63,822 nt of DNA from Candidatus Limnocylindrales bacterium (lineage in GTDB: Bacteria > Chloroflexota > Limnocylindria > Limnocylindrales > CSP1-4): positions 1-63,822 of the forward strand of contig DASSPX010000072.1 in the NCBI GenBank assembly GCA_035699445.1. The letters run 5' to 3'. Below the pieces are notes generated by a model, which did not search any database, had not been told where the DNA came from, and worked only from the letters and a program-made list of their open reading frames with translations. This document shows, piece by piece, positions 61,713 through 63,822 of this stretch; position 1 is the stretch's first letter; every line of letters starts with the position of its first letter. Both the position numbers and the translations under genes were made by a program.

Positions 61713-61946
61713 TCAGGCGAGAACGGCGATCGCCGCGACGCCCGAGACGTCGTGCGCGAGGTCCACGCACTCGACCCGGCAGCCGCGCGCGTCGCGGCCG
61801 GCGATCGGGCTGAAGTGGAACCACGCCTGCGCGCCCTCGGGGCCGACGGCCTGGAGCCGACAGCCGCACGCGGCGCAGGTGACGGGCGCGTCCCGGCCGT
61901 CACGGACGGCGAGCGGCGAGCGGAGGGTCTCGGTCTGGTGAAGCAT
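61713..61946 (-). CDS. Small Cys/His-rich hypothetical protein (77 aa)
   Basis: SD GAGGA before ATG 61946; CAACGC...H...C.VEC...H. Confidence 0.65.
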   Translation of the reverse strand: MLHQTETLRSPLAVRDGRDAPVTCAACGCRLQAVGPEGAQAWFHFSPIAGRDARGCRVECVDLAHDVSGVAAIAVLA

Positions 61947-62119
61947 CTCGATCCTCGCCTGCTCGAAGGGGGAGGGTGGGGTGCGCCCGACCCATCGGGA
62001 ACATGCACACGAGGCGGGGGCCTGCGCCCTCGCTGAGCGAACCGTACGGACGGGGTGGTCCGGGAACGGCGCCGGAACGGGAACCGATCGGTTGCGAGGG
62101 GGTTGCGGCGCGACCACAG

Positions 62120-62257
62120 CTCGCTTGCGCCGCCCGGCGTTCCACCTGACGACTGGCCTGCCGATTGCGCCGCCGGGCGTGCCATCTGATGACGGAGCGG
62201 GTCCTGGAGGGCCCGGACGCCGTCTCCCGCGGCGGTTCCGCCGTCAGGTGAGACGTC
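62120..62257. ncRNA. Candidate structured element, copy B (unassigned family)
   Basis: Second copy of 28590-28728; 9-bp perfect long-range helix 62143-62151/62242-62250. Confidence 0.5.
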
Positions 62258-62345
62258 AGCCGTGCGACGCGCGGCCGTGCCACGGGCGGCCGTGCCACGC
62301 GCGGCCGGACCCCGCGGCCGGACCCCGCGGCCGGGCGCCGCGGCC
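62258..62345. repeat. Compound minisatellite downstream of gltB
   Basis: 15-nt unit ggccgtgccacgSgc (two copies plus one degenerate, 62258-62302) then 13-nt unit ggccggaccccgc (62303-62315, 62316-62328, degenerate 62329-62341). Confidence 0.85.
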
Positions 62346-62352
62346 CTGGGTC

Positions 62353-63822
62353 TCAGGAGGCCTTCGCCGCCGGCTCGACCACGACCGGACGGCGGATCCC
62401 CACGGGACGGGCATCCTGGACCGCTGCCGAGCCGGCCACCACCGCCGCGACGTCCGGGATCGGCTCCACGAGCCACGTGTCCTCCTCCGGGGCCGCCCGC
62501 TCGGCGAGCAGCCGCGCCGCCAGCGCCGAGCCCGCCTCGGCGTGCGCCGTCACGAGGCGCCGGAACTCGGACGCCAGCGCTGCGCCGTCGGCGCGGATCG
62601 CCACGGCATCCGAGAGCCGCACCGCCCGCACGCTCGACCCGTTGAGCGCGGCGAGGTGCCGGGCGCTCGGATCCCAGAGGTACGCCCGCCCGCCGGTCAT
62701 CCCGGCGCCGAAGTTCGGACCGACCGGCCCGAGCACGACCACCGCGCCGCCGGTCATGTACTCGCACGCATGCGGCCCGACGCCCTCGACCACGGCCTCG
62801 GCGCCCGAGTTGCGGACCCCGAACCGCATCCCGCCGCGCCCCAGGACGTGGAGCCGTCCGCCCGTCGCGCCGTACAGGCAGGTGTTGCCCACGAGCGCGA
62901 GACCCCCGGTCGCCGCGGCCGCCGTCGCCGGATGCGGCCGCACGATGATCGTCCCGCCCGACAGGCCCTTCCCGACGTAGTCGTTCGCGGTCCCGTCGAG
63001 CGTCAGCTGGACGCGATCGGTGGCGAACGCCCCGAACGACTGCCCGGCCGCCCCGCGAAGCTCGAGCCGCACGGGACCGTGCAGCTCCCCCCGCTCCACG
63101 GCACCGGCGAGCCCGGCACCGAACGACCGCTCGGCGGTCGTCAGCTTCAGCCCCGACGCCGCCAGGGCGCCCTGCCCGCCGAGCGCGGCGACGAGCCGGT
63201 GCTCGAGCGGCGAGGCGAGGCCGCGGTCCACCGTCCGGCCCGCGCGCTCGGGGTGCTCGCGCCGCTCGGGCGACGCGGCCCACGCCGGCGCCCCGGCGAG
63301 CGCGCGCAGGTCCACCGTCGAGTGGCGACGCTCGCGCAGGTACCGCCGGCCCTCGCCCACGAGCTCGCCGACGCTCCGGGCGCCGACCGCGGCCAGCTCG
63401 ATTCGCAGGTCCTCGGCGAGCTGGAGGAAGTAGCGGGCGACCATCTCCGGCGTCCCGGTGAACTTCGCCCGCAGGTCCTCGCGCTGGGTCGCGATGCCCG
63501 TGGGACACGTGTCCAGGTGGCACTGGCGCGCCATGTCGCAACCCACGGCCACCAGCGCGCCCGTCCCGAACGCGAACTCCTCGGCGCCCAGGAGCGCCGC
63601 GATCAGCAGGTCGCGGCCCGTCTGGAGCCCGCCGTCGGTGCGCAGCGCCACGCGATCGCGGAGGTCGTTGCGGAGCAGCGACTGGTGGACCTCGGCGAGC
63701 CCCAGCTCCCACGGCGCCCCGACGTGCTTGATCGAGCTGAGCGGCGACGCGCCCGTGCCCCCGCTGTGCCCGCTCAGGTGGACGTAGTCGGCGCCCGCCT
63801 TCGCGACCCCTGCCGCGATCGT
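62353..63822 (-). CDS. gltB: Glutamate synthase large subunit, 3' part (5' end outside window)
   Basis: SGHSGGTGASP, DGGLQTGRD, C..ARQCHLDTCPTGIATQ (3Fe-4S), GAAGQSFGAF, ANDYVGKGLSGG, RNSGA.AVVEG, CEYMTGG. Confidence 0.96.
   Translation of the reverse strand, partial: TIAAGVAKAGADYVHLSGHSGGTGASPLSSIKHVGAPWELGLAEVHQSLLRNDLRDRVALRTDGGLQTGRDLLIAALLGAEEFAFGTGALVAVGCDMARQCHLDTCPTGIATQREDLRAKFTGTPEMVARYFLQLAEDLRIELAAVGARSVGELVGEGRRYLRERRHSTVDLRALAGAPAWAASPERREHPERAGRTVDRGLASPLEHRLVAALGGQGALAASGLKLTTAERSFGAGLAGAVERGELHGPVRLELRGAAGQSFGAFATDRVQLTLDGTANDYVGKGLSGGTIIVRPHPATAAAATGGLALVGNTCLYGATGGRLHVLGRGGMRFGVRNSGAEAVVEGVGPHACEYMTGGAVVVLGPVGPNFGAGMTGGRAYLWDPSARHLAALNGSSVRAVRLSDAVAIRADGAALASEFRRLVTAHAEAGSALAARLLAERAAPEEDTWLVEPIPDVAAVVAGSAAVQDARPVGIRRPVVVEPAAKAS

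Noticed and set aside
62039-62048. Minus-strand CGUACGGUUC resembling group II intron domain V
   Set aside because: No matching 5' strand (GAGCCG..GAAA), no domain VI, no RT gene

Overview
A 63.8-kb window of a very GC-rich bacterial chromosome. Gene content and order (alpha2-type GlyRS, cdaA-cdaR-glmM, F420-type PPOX protein, many leaderless TAnnnT promoters) suggest Chloroflexota, possibly Limnocylindria-like; this is inference. 1-26 kb is mostly housekeeping: dacA-cdaR-glmM-glmS-acpS-nnrD-alr, a four-gene uncharacterised cassette (macrodomain, 96-aa protein, GlmL-like ASKHA protein, hybrid-domain protein), tsaE-tsaB-rimI-tsaD-rsmA-ispE-ridA-glmU, a CNNM/CBS protein, a prenyltransferase, recO and glyQS. 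26-32.6 kb is a redox/PEP node (SudAB/NfnAB, FNR, PPDK). 32.6-43.1 kb is an L-arabinose block with a LacI regulator and readable operators. 43-63.8 kb holds ndh, a DUF2330-cupredoxin-VOC-ADH run behind an ECF-type promoter, ppc, a GAF two-component pair, a ParB/Srx-like plus metallophosphoesterase pair, a sugar ABC transporter, an LMF protein, a phytoene-dehydrogenase-like enzyme, a 77-aa Cys-rich protein and the 3' part of gltB. No rRNA, tRNA, CRISPR array, transposase or integrase was seen. Strongest leads: (1) a ~130-nt intergenic element in two copies 33.5 kb apart with conserved pairing that I cannot assign to a known RNA family; (2) the orphan GlmL-like cassette inserted between alr and tsaE; (3) a GGTTGCGRC motif shared by the ppdK and ppc promoter regions; (4) the ParB/Srx-metallophosphoesterase pair; (5) a probable ACG start codon for araB. 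All identifications are from reading motifs by eye; no database search was run.
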